DNA of 64,000 nucleotides from Bacillota bacterium (GCA_040752635.1 JBFMGS010000003.1:27528-91527); one strand, 5' to 3'; counted from the first letter of the stretch, positions 8,469 to 18,593 are shown. The notes: a model not told the origin generated them from the letters alone. Numbers and translations are program-made.

Positions 8469-10985
8469 CTACCCATGTAACCCGGATTCCTTCCGGGGAC
8501 TGGCTCTTTTCGCCGGCTTTTCCATCCTTCCCAGCGCCGACCTCACCACGACGCGCCGCCCATCGGAGATCACAGTCACTGCACCGTCAATGTCTGTGCG
8601 GAGCACGCGCATACCCGCCCGGTGGAGGGCACTGATGGTCGTCCCCGCCGGGTGGCCGAACGGGTTTGGGCCGACGGACACCACGGCCCAGGTGGCCGAG
8701 ATTACAGGGAGTACGCTTCCCGGACAGCCCCGTGCAGCGCCGTGGTGAGGCACCTTGAAAACGGCGCACCGGAGGTCCAGCCTGTTCCCTGCAAGGTGGG
8801 AGAGGATTTCCCCACCCGCGTCACCTGTGAGTAGCACGCCAAAGCCGCCGAGAGTGAGCTTCATAACAAGAGACCAGTCATTCAGGTCCTGGCTGGAGTG
8901 ATCCCCGAAGTCTTGCGGCGGATGCAGGACATTGATCCTGACGCCGTCTCCCAGATCTATGAATCCTCCTTTCACCATTTCAAGGACTCGCACGTTTCTC
9001 TCGGCTGCCAGGCGGTCAAGTTCCCTATCGATGTTCGGCCTCACGGACTGGGGCAAAGCAGGCTTTACCAGAACGCCTACCCTGCACGACTTGAGCACCG
9101 CCATGAGGCCGGAGATATGGTCGTAATGCGGGTGGGTGCCGACCACGACATCGAGGCGTCTGACCCCTCGCCGGAGGAGAAATGGTACCACGACTTCGCT
9201 GCCAGGATCCTGGTCGGCGCCCGGCCATCCGCCGCCGTCCACGAGAACCGTGCGCCCGGACGGGCTCCGTAGGAATACCGAGTCGCCCTGCCCGACAGAA
9301 AGGAAGACCGTTTCAAGAAAAGCAGGCTTGAGCACAGCAATCCACACCGCCGCCGCGGCTATCACAGCCATAAGGAGCGGCAAGTGTCGGCGCGCAGCGT
9401 GGATCCTGCGAAGCACTCGTCGTGAGCAGCCGAGCAACACAAGGGCAAGATAGCAAACGAGCACCAACCACAACGGGGGGCGGGCCACAGTGATCGAACC
9501 AAAAGGGACGCGTGCAAGAAGATCTATTGTGCCTTCGAGCGCGGATAAGATGAGAGCGTTGGCCGCGTTCAGGGGAAAGGCGAGCGCGCGACAGACGGCT
9601 CCTGCAAGGCCTGCCGAAAACCCGATGGTCACCGCGATTCCAGACATGGTAACGCACGGAATGTTGGCGATTGCCGCGATGGGAGCAATCCGACCGAAGT
9701 ACCAGGCGACAAGCGGCATGGCGCCGATTTGCGTGGAAAGGGACACCGCAAAAGCCCTGGCAAAAGGCACAGGCAAACGGCGAAGCGCCCGCTCGATCCG
9801 AGGGGCAAACTGAAGTATGCTGTAGACGACTGCAAAGGACAACTGCGCTCCCGCGTCAAAGACCGACAGAGGACTTGCGGCCGCCATGACAAGACCCGCG
9901 AGATAGAGCGCGCTTCGCGCACTCACCTTTCGACCGGAAACTCCTGCTGCTACTGCAAATGAGAACATCAGGGCAGCTCGCACCACCGACGGCCGAAGTC
10001 CGCACCCAAGGGCGTAGATCCAGACGCCCGCCGCAACGAAAGTGGCAGCGGCGGAGACGGGAAGCCGTAGCGCTGAGAATAGACCGTAAAGGACAACCGC
10101 GATGAAACCCACATGAAGCCCGGATACGGCGAAAAGATGAGAAGTGCCGGTGGCCTGGAGCTTCTCCTCCATCCCGGAGGGGGGTGACCCGAAAAGCATC
10201 CCGCATAAGATGGCAGCATGGTGTGGCTCAAGGGTGGCCCGGGTGACCGCGGTGATACGCCCTCTGAGGGAGGTTGCTGCCCGGACGAGAATCCCGAGAT
10301 CGGCCGTACCGAGCAAATGGACATCGTCCGGGCTTCTTACGTATACCGTGCCCGATATACCCTGTCGTCTCAGGATGACCCGCATATCAGGCTCACCCGG
10401 GTTCGCCGGAGCCCTGGGTGGGTAGAACCTCCCTCTCACCCTGACCCTCGCTCCGGGCAAGAACGGACCTTCGTCGGTCCGGCCCTGCTTGCCCGTGATG
10501 AGAAGGTGCACCCCCGCCGGCCGCCTGTCGCCCCCAATCTCCTCCACTTTCACAACAGCGCGCCACCGGCTGTCAGAGGTTGCCTCCGGAAAGCCTGTGA
10601 CGACCCCGGTGAAGTCAAATGCGCGGGAGGAGGCATACTGCGCGAAGGCCCGGTCGCACGGCCGCGGCAGCGTTGACACGGCCATCACCATGGCGCCCGC
10701 AAGCATGGTGCCGGTGCAGAGCGAAGCCAGCCTGCGCAAGTCCTGTGGAAGCCCTTGGGCACATCTGCGGCACACAGGCCAGCAGATCGTTGCGGCAAGG
10801 CAGACTCCGAGCGCCCAGGCGAAGAGCTTGCCCCATATGTCCATCATCGCCGCTCCAACGCAGAAAAGGACCACGGCGTAGAGTAGAACGCTCTCTCGTT
10901 GCATCCATGAGGCAACCCCTCTCACGGTGGGGCGGGCATCCACACGCATGCCTGGGAAGACGCCAGGCCCCCTGCAAGGATTCAT
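8469..10985 (-). CDS. comEC: DNA internalization competence protein ComEC/Rec2
   Basis: 838 aa with a polytopic competence domain plus a C-terminal metallo-beta-lactamase domain (VGTHPHYDHISGL ... VPHHGA). It lies directly downstream of comEA. Confidence 0.9.
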   Translation of the reverse strand: MNPCRGPGVFPGMRVDARPTVRGVASWMQRESVLLYAVVLFCVGAAMMDIWGKLFAWALGVCLAATICWPVCRRCAQGLPQDLRRLASLCTGTMLAGAMVMAVSTLPRPCDRAFAQYASSRAFDFTGVVTGFPEATSDSRWRAVVKVEEIGGDRRPAGVHLLITGKQGRTDEGPFLPGARVRVRGRFYPPRAPANPGEPDMRVILRRQGISGTVYVRSPDDVHLLGTADLGILVRAATSLRGRITAVTRATLEPHHAAILCGMLFGSPPSGMEEKLQATGTSHLFAVSGLHVGFIAVVLYGLFSALRLPVSAAATFVAAGVWIYALGCGLRPSVVRAALMFSFAVAAGVSGRKVSARSALYLAGLVMAAASPLSVFDAGAQLSFAVVYSILQFAPRIERALRRLPVPFARAFAVSLSTQIGAMPLVAWYFGRIAPIAAIANIPCVTMSGIAVTIGFSAGLAGAVCRALAFPLNAANALILSALEGTIDLLARVPFGSITVARPPLWLVLVCYLALVLLGCSRRVLRRIHAARRHLPLLMAVIAAAAVWIAVLKPAFLETVFLSVGQGDSVFLRSPSGRTVLVDGGGWPGADQDPGSEVVVPFLLRRGVRRLDVVVGTHPHYDHISGLMAVLKSCRVGVLVKPALPQSVRPNIDRELDRLAAERNVRVLEMVKGGFIDLGDGVRINVLHPPQDFGDHSSQDLNDWSLVMKLTLGGFGVLLTGDAGGEILSHLAGNRLDLRCAVFKVPHHGAARGCPGSVLPVISATWAVVSVGPNPFGHPAGTTISALHRAGMRVLRTDIDGAVTVISDGRRVVVRSALGRMEKPAKRASPRKESGLHG

Positions 10986-10991
10986 CCGCTT

Positions 10992-11696
10992 TCAGTAGAT
11001 TGTAACGAGGTCCTTGAGAGCCGCATACTTCTTAGGGCCGATCCCCGATACATCCATGAGTTGCTCAGGCCGCTCGAACTTCCCGTTCACGTTGCGAAAC
11101 TCCAGTATCCTCAGGGCAAGCGCCGGCCCTATCCCGGGCAGCATCTCTAGCTCGGCAGCGGTTGCCGTGTTAATGTTTACCTTACCAGTAGTTCGTGCGG
11201 CGGACGCAGGCGGAGCTTGGCCGGGCGCGTGAGCGGCGTCTACCCCGACTGCTGTGGGTGCCTTGGCCTGCCCCGGTCGTGGGAGATCCTTTGCCGGAAC
11301 ATAGACCTGTGTCGAATCGACGAGCATGCTCGCCATGTTTACAGACTCCGGGCTTGCATTTCCGGTGAGCCCTCCAGCGATCATGACGGCATCCGCAACC
11401 CGGGACCCGCTCGGGAGAGCGTATACTCCCGGCTTCGCCACGGCGCCACAAACGTGTACGGTGATCAGATTCGGCTTTTCTTCCTGCGCTCCTGGAGATT
11501 CCTGCCTTTCCGCAGCCTCCACCTTACAGCCCGCCTCACCAGGCACCGGGCCCTGGTCGACCACAACGTCCGGGCGCCTCATCTGCTTTACAGTCAGGAC
11601 CAGGCTTCCTGCAATGAACGCCACGAGCAACACAGCAACAACGAACCTTTGCCGTCCCGATAGACCAGACACCTCCATCACCTCCCATGCTGTCAT
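10992..11696 (-). CDS. comEA: Competence protein ComEA (membrane-anchored helix-hairpin-helix DNA receptor)
   Basis: An N-terminal TM segment, a SLBB-like VHVCGAVAKPGVYALPSGSRVADAVMIAGG, and the C-terminal HhH motif INTATAAELEMLPGIGPALALRILEFR...F...L..V.GIG. Confidence 0.85.
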   Translation of the reverse strand: MTAWEVMEVSGLSGRQRFVVAVLLVAFIAGSLVLTVKQMRRPDVVVDQGPVPGEAGCKVEAAERQESPGAQEEKPNLITVHVCGAVAKPGVYALPSGSRVADAVMIAGGLTGNASPESVNMASMLVDSTQVYVPAKDLPRPGQAKAPTAVGVDAAHAPGQAPPASAARTTGKVNINTATAAELEMLPGIGPALALRILEFRNVNGKFERPEQLMDVSGIGPKKYAALKDLVTIY

Positions 11697-11988
11697 CGAC
11701 GTTACGCGGGAGGATTCAATTCCTGGCCCAAACTTCCTCCAATGTCATCCTAACCCATACGGGCGGTTTAGGGGTAGTGCAAGAGGGCCCCATATCCTGG
11801 CAAATAGCCGAATCGTAGCATATGGACACACTGCCTGCTTTGGGACAGGGTGCCGGCGACTGTAGAAGGTTTCGCGCTTGTCACTTTCGAGCAGGAGGTA
11901 CCGAGTGCAACACCGAGGGCCTTGAGTAGAGTCCGTATGCGAAGGAGCCAAGTGGATTCCAGGCGGCGAGCCCGGTCGCTTGCGGTAG

Positions 11989-12025
11989 AAAAAAGAAACC
12001 CCCCGCCTTGAGTTACGACGGGAGG
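11989..12025 (-). terminator. Rho-independent terminator downstream of tRNA-Ala
   Basis: The minus strand reads CCUCCCGUC-G-[UAACUCAA]-GGCGGGGGG followed by UUUCUUUUUU. This is a 9-bp stem (2 G.U) plus a U-tract, 52 nt after the tRNA 3' end. Confidence 0.7.
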
Positions 12026-12076
12026 TAGCTTTAATAAGACAGTGGCTGCTGCTAAGGGAAATGTAAAAGGACAAAA

Positions 12077-12152
12077 TGGTGGAGACGATGGGAATCGAAC
12101 CCACGACCTCGTGAATGCCATTCACGCGCTCTCCCAACTGAGCTACGTCCCC
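12077..12152 (-). tRNA. tRNA-Ala (anticodon GGC), encoded CCA end
   Basis: The minus strand reads GGGGACGTAGCTCAGTTGGGAGAGCGCGTGAATGGCATTCACGAGGTCGTGGGTTCGATTCCCATCGTCTCCACCA. It folds as a cloverleaf by hand: 7-bp acceptor with the G3.U70 Ala identity pair, anticodon loop AU-GGC-AU, and T-loop GGTTCGATTCC. Confidence 0.95.
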
Positions 12153-12207
12153 ACACCCGCGAGACTCAAGGGCGAGCATGCCCTGCCACGTCCGCCGAGC
12201 CACTGCG

Positions 12208-12237
12208 ATTATAGCAGAGAGAGACCCCCGAAGTCAA
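12208..12237 (-). promoter_or_regulatory. Sigma-A type promoter for tRNA-Ala (TTGACT-N18-TATAAT)
   Basis: On the minus strand, TTGACT (12237-12232, overlapping the rsfS stop codon), an 18-nt spacer, then a perfect TATAAT (12213-12208), about 50 nt upstream of the mature tRNA 5' end. Confidence 0.6.
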
Positions 12238-12689
12238 GAGCCTGAAGCGGGGTTTGTGCCTGCAGTGGGGTTCCCCGTTGCCGGGCTCGCAGCCTGGGTT
12301 GCGGGACTCTTTAGCGTCCGCGCGCCCCTGTACAGGCGTTCCAGGTCATAGTACTCGCGCTCCCGGACGTGGAATACGTGGACCACCGTATCCGCGTAGT
12401 CCAGGATGATCCACCCCGCCTCCACCGTACCCTCCCGGTGCAGGGGCAACACGCTTCTGTCCTTGAGCTCTTCTAGAATTGCATCGGTGATTGCCTTAAC
12501 ATGCGTGCTCGTCGTTCCACTTGCAAGCACGAAATAGTCGGCGATAATCGTCAACTCGTGGACATCGAGTAACACGACATCCAGGGCTTTCTTCGCTTCA
12601 GCGGCAGCACGCGCCGCCTCCGCGATGGATAGCGCGTCTATACCTGCCTGCCTCCTTACTGCAACGGCGTTTCGCGTCTCGTACTTCAA
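12234..12689 (-). CDS. rsfS: Ribosomal silencing factor RsfS (iojap family)
   Basis: AAEAKKALDVVLLDVHELTIIADYFVLASGTTSTHVKAITDAI...EG....GWIILDYADTVVHVFHVREREYYDLERLY is the canonical RsfS core, followed by a short P/A/T-rich tail. Confidence 0.85.
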   Translation of the reverse strand: MKYETRNAVAVRRQAGIDALSIAEAARAAAEAKKALDVVLLDVHELTIIADYFVLASGTTSTHVKAITDAILEELKDRSVLPLHREGTVEAGWIILDYADTVVHVFHVREREYYDLERLYRGARTLKSPATQAASPATGNPTAGTNPASGS

Positions 12690-12786
12690 GGCGAGACCGC
12701 ACCGGGCTCCCCTCTATCCCCCACCGTGCACCCCGCATTGTTTTTCCGGAACGTCGTTGCCCGCCATCTTGTTCCGTCGAACTCCC

Positions 12787-13047
12787 CTAATACCTCGCCT
12801 GGCGGGGCCTCGCTTCGTTGACAATGATCTGTCTGCCGCGGAGCTCCATGCCGTTCATGGTAGCAACCACTCGATCCACGTCCTCATCGTCGATCTCAAC
12901 AAACCCGAACCCCCTCGACCTTCCGGTCTCTCTGTCAGTAATCACTCTTGTGCTCTTCACGTCGGCAACCGTTCGAAACGCCTCGCCAAGCTCCTCATCA
13001 GTTACGGACCAGGGCAGGTTTCCCACATACAGGGTTCTTGTCACCAT
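12787..13047 (-). CDS. RRM-type (RNP-1/RNP-2) RNA-binding protein
   Basis: 86 aa: RNP-2 LYVGNL, RNP-1 RGFGFVEI, then ...MNGMELRGRQIIVNEARPR. Confidence 0.85.
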   Translation of the reverse strand: MVTRTLYVGNLPWSVTDEELGEAFRTVADVKSTRVITDRETGRSRGFGFVEIDDEDVDRVVATMNGMELRGRQIIVNEARPRQARY

Positions 13048-13064
13048 GCGTCACCTCCAGATGA

Positions 13065-13102
13065 TTGTGAAAGAAAAACCAAGGTTGCAAGATACCTTGG
13101 TT
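13065..13102 (-). terminator. Intrinsic terminator/attenuator hairpin inside the leader of the RRM protein gene
   Basis: The minus strand reads AACCAAGGU-[AUCUUGCA]-ACCUUGGUU followed by UUUCUUUC. It ends ~18 nt before the RBS GGAGG and the ATG at 13047. Confidence 0.5.
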
Positions 13103-13340
13103 CTCCATCCGCGCATATAGACTTCTGATCGCGGTGCGGCCCTGTCCCCGCCGTAACCTGGCCGCTGTGCTACAAACGGGCTCTGACTATCCCCCGATCG
13201 GTTCCCAACTACGGAAAGACCCGAACCACGGAAACCCGCAAAACACGTACGAGACCGGGAAGGATGTTTTCAATTGGTCCCGCGAGTCGGCGCACCTTTA
13301 TGACACCTGGCTAAACCCCCAATTCCTACCTTACGGGCTT

Positions 13341-13369
13341 ATTATATCACCGAAAGTACTTCTTGTAAA
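13341..13369 (-). promoter_or_regulatory. Sigma-A type promoter (TTTACA-N17-TATAAT) driving a ~285-nt leader plus the RRM protein gene
   Basis: On the minus strand, TTTACA (13369-13364), a 17-nt spacer, then a perfect TATAAT (13346-13341). It is located just after the nadD stop (13395). Confidence 0.6.
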
Positions 13370-13394
13370 CCGCCACCGGGAGCAAACTGCCGCC

Positions 13395-14042
13395 TCACCA
13401 GTAAAGTCCGGCCTTTCTTATGTAGTTTTCCACGCTTTCCGGAAGGAGATAGCGGATGGGATCCCCCTGTCGCACCCGCGCCCTGATATCCGTGGACGAG
13501 ATTGCAAGCGCGGGTACCTCCACGACGAAAACACCGTGGGTCGCGATGCGACGCGCCTCCGAAAGCTCCGTCTCGAGACGCGCCATGCAGTATCCCGGCC
13601 GGGTGGCGACGATGAAAGCACACGTCTTTAGAAGCTCGTGTGCGTCCTTCCAGGTGAATATCTCGACTGCAGCGTCGGCGCCCGTGATAAAGAATATCTC
13701 GGCCCCGGGCGCACACTCCCTTTGAAACTGCCTGACTGTATCGATGGTGTAGGAAGGTCCCGTTCTGTCAAGCTCCACCCGCGACACCTCGAAGTACGGG
13801 TTGGTCACAGTTGCGAGGACAGTCATCATGAACCTGTCTCTGCCGGGCGATATCTGTATCCCTTGTTTATGAGGAGGGACACCGGACGGCACGAATACAA
13901 CGACCTCGAGCTGGAATTTCACCCTTGCGACCTCGGCAGTGACAAGATGCCCGTAATGAATCGGGTCGAATGTGCCACCCATGAGGCCGATCCTCTGCGC
14001 TCTTGAGATGTCCTTTCTAAGGAGCGAGTTCCCCTCTACCAC
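13395..14042 (-). CDS. nadD: Nicotinate-nucleotide adenylyltransferase
   Basis: IGLMGGTFDPIHYGHL (the (H/T)xGH motif) and ...ISSTDIR (the ISST motif). 215 aa. Confidence 0.9.
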   Translation of the reverse strand: MVEGNSLLRKDISRAQRIGLMGGTFDPIHYGHLVTAEVARVKFQLEVVVFVPSGVPPHKQGIQISPGRDRFMMTVLATVTNPYFEVSRVELDRTGPSYTIDTVRQFQRECAPGAEIFFITGADAAVEIFTWKDAHELLKTCAFIVATRPGYCMARLETELSEARRIATHGVFVVEVPALAISSTDIRARVRQGDPIRYLLPESVENYIRKAGLYW

Positions 14043-14054
14043 GCCCGAGGCCCC

Positions 14055-15083
<1,029 letters not shown>

Positions 15084-15252
15084 CTATCTTTCCCCGTTTC
15101 TTATCTTCGACGCCCTAACCTGCTTACCTGCCAGCCATAGGTCAGGCAGACGCGACAACCCCCCGCAGGCCTTCCAGTGACGCCTGCGAGGGGCTTCTCA
15201 TTCAAGCCTTTAGAAACGATAAACAACGTTCGGTGGGGCCACGTAGCAGCAT

Positions 15253-15522
15253 CTAAGCGGTCTCGATCTCTACAGGATACACGCTGACACGCTTTCTGTC
15301 CCTGCCGCATCTCTCATAGGCCACCTGGCCGTCAACCTTCGCGAAAAGCGTGTCGTCGCTCCCAACGCCAACATTTGCGCCGGGGCGCATTCTCGTGCCA
15401 CGCTGCCTCACCAGGATGCTCCCGGCAAGGACGTACTCGCCTGCGTGCTCCTTGACCCCGAGCCTCTTGGACCGCGAATCGCGGCCATTTCTGGAGCTAC
15501 CAACGCCTTTCTTGTGAGCCAT
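15253..15522 (-). CDS. rpmA: 50S ribosomal protein L27
   Basis: [24 protein letters not shown].. is canonical L27 without an N-terminal propeptide. Confidence 0.95.
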   Translation of the reverse strand: MAHKKGVGSSRNGRDSRSKRLGVKEHAGEYVLAGSILVRQRGTRMRPGANVGVGSDDTLFAKVDGQVAYERCGRDRKRVSVYPVEIETA

Positions 15523-15606
15523 CTATCTCCACCTCCTCACATCAGACAAAGGACCAAAGGACACAAACGGCGACTCCGCGCGCACCGTTCGCGGCGCAAC
15601 GCGGCG

Positions 15607-15921
15607 CTACGCTTCGATCTTTTGTACGCGCACTTCCGTGTATGGCTGCCTGTGGCCGTAACGTCTTCGGTAGTTCTTCTTTGCCTTGTACTTGAAGACG
15701 AAGATCTTGCGCGCCTTGCCGTGAGCGATCACACTGGCGACCACCCTTGCTCCAGGGACATGAGGCGCTCCCACCTTGACCCCGCCGTCCTTATCGGACA
15801 CCACGAGCACCCGATCGAACTCCACGGGCTCGCCGGGTTCGGCCGAAACCCGCTCGACCCGAAGCACATCGCCTTCACTCACCCGATATTGTTTGCCGCC
15901 TGTCTCTATCACCGCGTACAT
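15607..15921 (-). CDS. rplU: 50S ribosomal protein L21
   Basis: [23 protein letters not shown]...[15 protein letters not shown]. Confidence 0.95.
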   Translation of the reverse strand: MYAVIETGGKQYRVSEGDVLRVERVSAEPGEPVEFDRVLVVSDKDGGVKVGAPHVPGARVVASVIAHGKARKIFVFKYKAKKNYRRRYGHRQPYTEVRVQKIEA

Positions 15922-16034
15922 CCGCTTCCAAGTCTCCTCTCGCTATGTCTCGCCGGAACCAGGCACACCCGCGCATAAGCCGGCGTGTTTCAAGCCCGCA
16001 CCGAGCGGCACGGCGACACGCGCCCACATGACCG

Positions 16035-16064
16035 AGTTTACCACATCCGGCACATGCCTGTCAA
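16035..16064 (-). promoter_or_regulatory. Candidate promoter for rplU-rpmA (TTGACA-N18-TAAACT with a TGn extension), followed by a ~105-nt leader
   Basis: On the minus strand, TTGACA (16064-16059, overlapping the rng stop) and TG-G-TAAACT (16043-16035). The leader 15922-16028 may correspond to the Firmicute L21-leader type element, but I cannot verify that from memory. Confidence 0.4.
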
Positions 16065-17809
16065 ACGCCGGTGTTGCCCGCATGCAGGCTGGTCTCCGCG
16101 GCCGCGTCGTCTCCAGAGTCGGCCGGCCTGGCCCTGGCATAGGTCCGAAAGACCTTAGCGATCTCCACCTTGACCCGCTTGCCCACAAGTTTGCCCGCTC
16201 CATCGATGTCCACGATGTACCCGTCTATCCGGGTGATGCCGTTAGTCGGGTTCGATGCGTGGGGTTCCTGCACCTCGACCTCGAGAATATCCCCGACGCT
16301 CACCGGGAGCGCGCGCTTTTGCACGTCCTCTCTGCTTCCGGTGGCCGCTATGTCCATGTCCTCAATGTGTAACGCGGGGTTGCCTTTGACATAGATCACT
16401 TTGCCTGTTTCTTGCTCTATCCTGGAGAGATTGCTGCCGCCCTGCCCGATCAGGAGCGCGGCTACGCTGGGATGGAGCGTCACAAGCATAGCCTCCTCGT
16501 GCATCCTGCCTGCGACCCGCCGAAGCTCCTTCTCGGCCCGAAGAGCAAGCGTTTCCTCGGACAGCACCCGCCCACGCCCATCGCAATACGGACACGCTCG
16601 AGACAACACGTCTTCCAGGCCGGGCCGAGTTTTCTTGCGGGTCATTTCGAGAAGCCCGAGATGCGTGAACCCGAGGACCGTCGCCCGGGTCTTGTCCTTC
16701 CGCAGTTCCTCCTCTAATCTTCTTATCACTTGCTGACGCGCTTCTTCCGAATCCATGTCGATGAAATCGATTATGATGATGCCCCCGATGTTCCTCAACC
16801 TGAGCTGGTGGGCAATCTCGCTCGCGGCCTCGAGGTTCGTCTTGAGAACCGTGTCCTGAAGGCTGGTCGTGCCGATATAGCGGCCCGTGTTGACATCGAT
16901 GCTCGTTAAGGCCTCCGTGTGGTCGAACACGAGGTACCCGCCGCACGACAGCCACACCCTGTGTCTGAGCGCCTTCTCTATCTCTTCTTCGACTCCGTAA
17001 CGGTCGAAAAGGGGCTCGTCTCCCGCATAGTATTTGAGCTTGCCTTTGAGTTGGGGAGACATGATGTTCAAGAGTTCCTGCGCCTTCTCGAACTCATGCT
17101 CATCGTCAACGATGAACGCATCCACATCCTCTGTGAAGAGGTCTCTCATTATCCGGTATATGAGATCGTAATCACGGTGCAGAAGCGCCGGCGCTGGAGT
17201 CCGCCGGGCCTTCAGCTTGATCCGACGCCACATCTTCACGAGGAAGTCGATCTCCTGCGAGATCTCTCTTTCGTCTTTACCTTCGGCGGCCGTCCGAACT
17301 ATGACCCCGCACCCGCGCGGTTTCGCCCTGGAGGCTATCTTCTTTAGCCTTGCACGCTCCTCATCGCTGGCGATCCGCCTGCTCACCCCGACATAGTCCA
17401 CGGTGGGCATGAGCACAACGTTGCGGCCTGGTAGGGTCACCTGCGTGATGACCCGTGCGCCTTTGGTACCGATAGGCTCTTTGGTGATCTGAACGATGAT
17501 CTGCTGGCCCTCTTTGAGGATATCCTTTATTGAGAGAGCCTTCACGTCCTCGATCTCCAGGTCGTCGTCGTGCCCTTCGCGGGCTTTCAAAGCGTCTTCT
17601 ACATAAAGGAAGGCGTTGCGTTCCAAACCCACGTCCACAAAAGCCGCCTGCATGCCGGGAAGCACGTTCTCAACGCGGCCCTTGTATATGTTGCCAACAT
17701 ACCTCTTTTGAGTTGACCTCTCGATCTGAATCTCAACCAGCTTTCTGTTCTCTATCACAGCGGCCCGGGTCTCGCCTGGACCCACGTTCACCAGTATCTC
17801 TTTGGACAT
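16061..17809 (-). CDS. rng: Ribonuclease G/E family endoribonuclease (Rne/Rng/CafA) with a C-terminal TRAM-like extension
   Basis: N-terminal S1 domain (VGNIYKGRVENVLPGMQAAFVDVG), then ...DVNTGRY.G......T.L.TNLEAA.EIA.QLRLRNIGGIIIIDFIDM. Confidence 0.85.
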   Translation of the reverse strand: MSKEILVNVGPGETRAAVIENRKLVEIQIERSTQKRYVGNIYKGRVENVLPGMQAAFVDVGLERNAFLYVEDALKAREGHDDDLEIEDVKALSIKDILKEGQQIIVQITKEPIGTKGARVITQVTLPGRNVVLMPTVDYVGVSRRIASDEERARLKKIASRAKPRGCGVIVRTAAEGKDEREISQEIDFLVKMWRRIKLKARRTPAPALLHRDYDLIYRIMRDLFTEDVDAFIVDDEHEFEKAQELLNIMSPQLKGKLKYYAGDEPLFDRYGVEEEIEKALRHRVWLSCGGYLVFDHTEALTSIDVNTGRYIGTTSLQDTVLKTNLEAASEIAHQLRLRNIGGIIIIDFIDMDSEEARQQVIRRLEEELRKDKTRATVLGFTHLGLLEMTRKKTRPGLEDVLSRACPYCDGRGRVLSEETLALRAEKELRRVAGRMHEEAMLVTLHPSVAALLIGQGGSNLSRIEQETGKVIYVKGNPALHIEDMDIAATGSREDVQKRALPVSVGDILEVEVQEPHASNPTNGITRIDGYIVDIDGAGKLVGKRVKVEIAKVFRTYARARPADSGDDAAAETSLHAGNTGV

Positions 17810-17870
17810 TCCTTTTCACTCCTCGAAAACAAGTCCCCAGTGGGGAGAAATACCAGCCCCGGCCCCGCAC

Positions 17871-18593
17871 TCAACAAGGAAAGGCGAACTTGCCGTCCCT
17901 CAAGACGTAAAGCCCCTCGCGGATGATCCGAATGGGGCGCGCACCATCCCGCAAGGCCCCGTACGCCACGAGCGCCTGCACAACGTCGAGGGGTCGGGCG
18001 CTTCCTTCAGCTCCTGCGGCGACCAGCAAATGAAGGGACGAAAGTTCGTCGCGCCTCTCGAACCGGAGATCATAAACGAGCGGGCGCAGGTCAACTTCGC
18101 GCACGCCCTTGGGCGTCGTTCGCGTGACCGGAACCGCGTCCGCCTGTAACATCGCATCAACGGCGCGCACCACCTCGTCGGCCGCGCCGACGTCTTCCGG
18201 CCGGAACTCCAGGCGGTACGACGCCGCACGTATCACCGACGATAGCGCAGGCACGCCGGGGTCGATCACGCTACACGAGACCAGCCCGATGCCGGGCGGC
18301 AGGCAGCTTTCGAGCCGCTCGGCCACCTCGCCTGCAGCAAGCTTCTCTCGAAGCTCGATGTCAACAAACTCGCACTCGCTCGAGATCCCTACAGCAAGGG
18401 CAGGCGAAAACGACATCCTTGGGTGCGGGTGAAACCCGGCCGATAAGGCCATCGGTAACCCTGCTCTCCTTGCCGACCTCTCGATTGCCCGGATAAAGTC
18501 GAGGTGCGACATGAACCTGGCGGGCCCGGCCTTCGTCAGCCTGAGCCTCGCGACGGCAACCGGCTTGTCGAACGGACGCCCGGCAGGCCCCAC
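17871..18593 (-). CDS. Radical-SAM-linked protein (DUF2344; recalled as the TIGR03936 family)
   Basis: ARLRLTKAGPARFMSHLDFIRAIERSARRAGLPMALSAGFHPHPRMSFSPALAVG. The ORF-track start at 18830 overlaps the upstream gene by 240 nt. A GTG at 18593 overlaps the upstream TAG by 1 nt (TAGTG) and gives a 240-aa protein. Confidence 0.7.
   Translation of the reverse strand: MGPAGRPFDKPVAVARLRLTKAGPARFMSHLDFIRAIERSARRAGLPMALSAGFHPHPRMSFSPALAVGISSECEFVDIELREKLAAGEVAERLESCLPPGIGLVSCSVIDPGVPALSSVIRAASYRLEFRPEDVGAADEVVRAVDAMLQADAVPVTRTTPKGVREVDLRPLVYDLRFERRDELSSLHLLVAAGAEGSARPLDVVQALVAYGALRDGARPIRIIREGLYVLRDGKFAFPC

Noticed and set aside
11954-11977. A ZTP (pfl) riboswitch-like string, GACCGGGCUCGCCGCCUGGAAUCC, on the minus strand upstream of comEA.
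   Set aside because: It only partly resembles the 3' CCGCCUGGGCA element (one G short). The 5' subdomain (GGGUCGUGACUGGCG-like) is missing. The position directly after a terminator and the gene context (comEA) do not fit.
11745-12203. Minus-strand ORFs (152 and 117 aa) overlapping the tRNA-Ala region.
   Set aside because: They read straight through a canonical tRNA gene and its terminator, and show no protein-like features.
13110-13170. A T-box riboswitch in the leader of the RRM protein gene. On the minus strand, GGGCCGCACCGCG resembles the T-box sequence GGGUGGUACCGCG, and a terminator follows.
   Set aside because: Only 10 of 13 positions match, and the tRNA-acceptor-binding UGGN is not preserved. 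I could not find stem I features (GA/K-turn motif, specifier loop, AG bulge, distal loop). The downstream gene is not an aminoacyl-tRNA or amino-acid gene.
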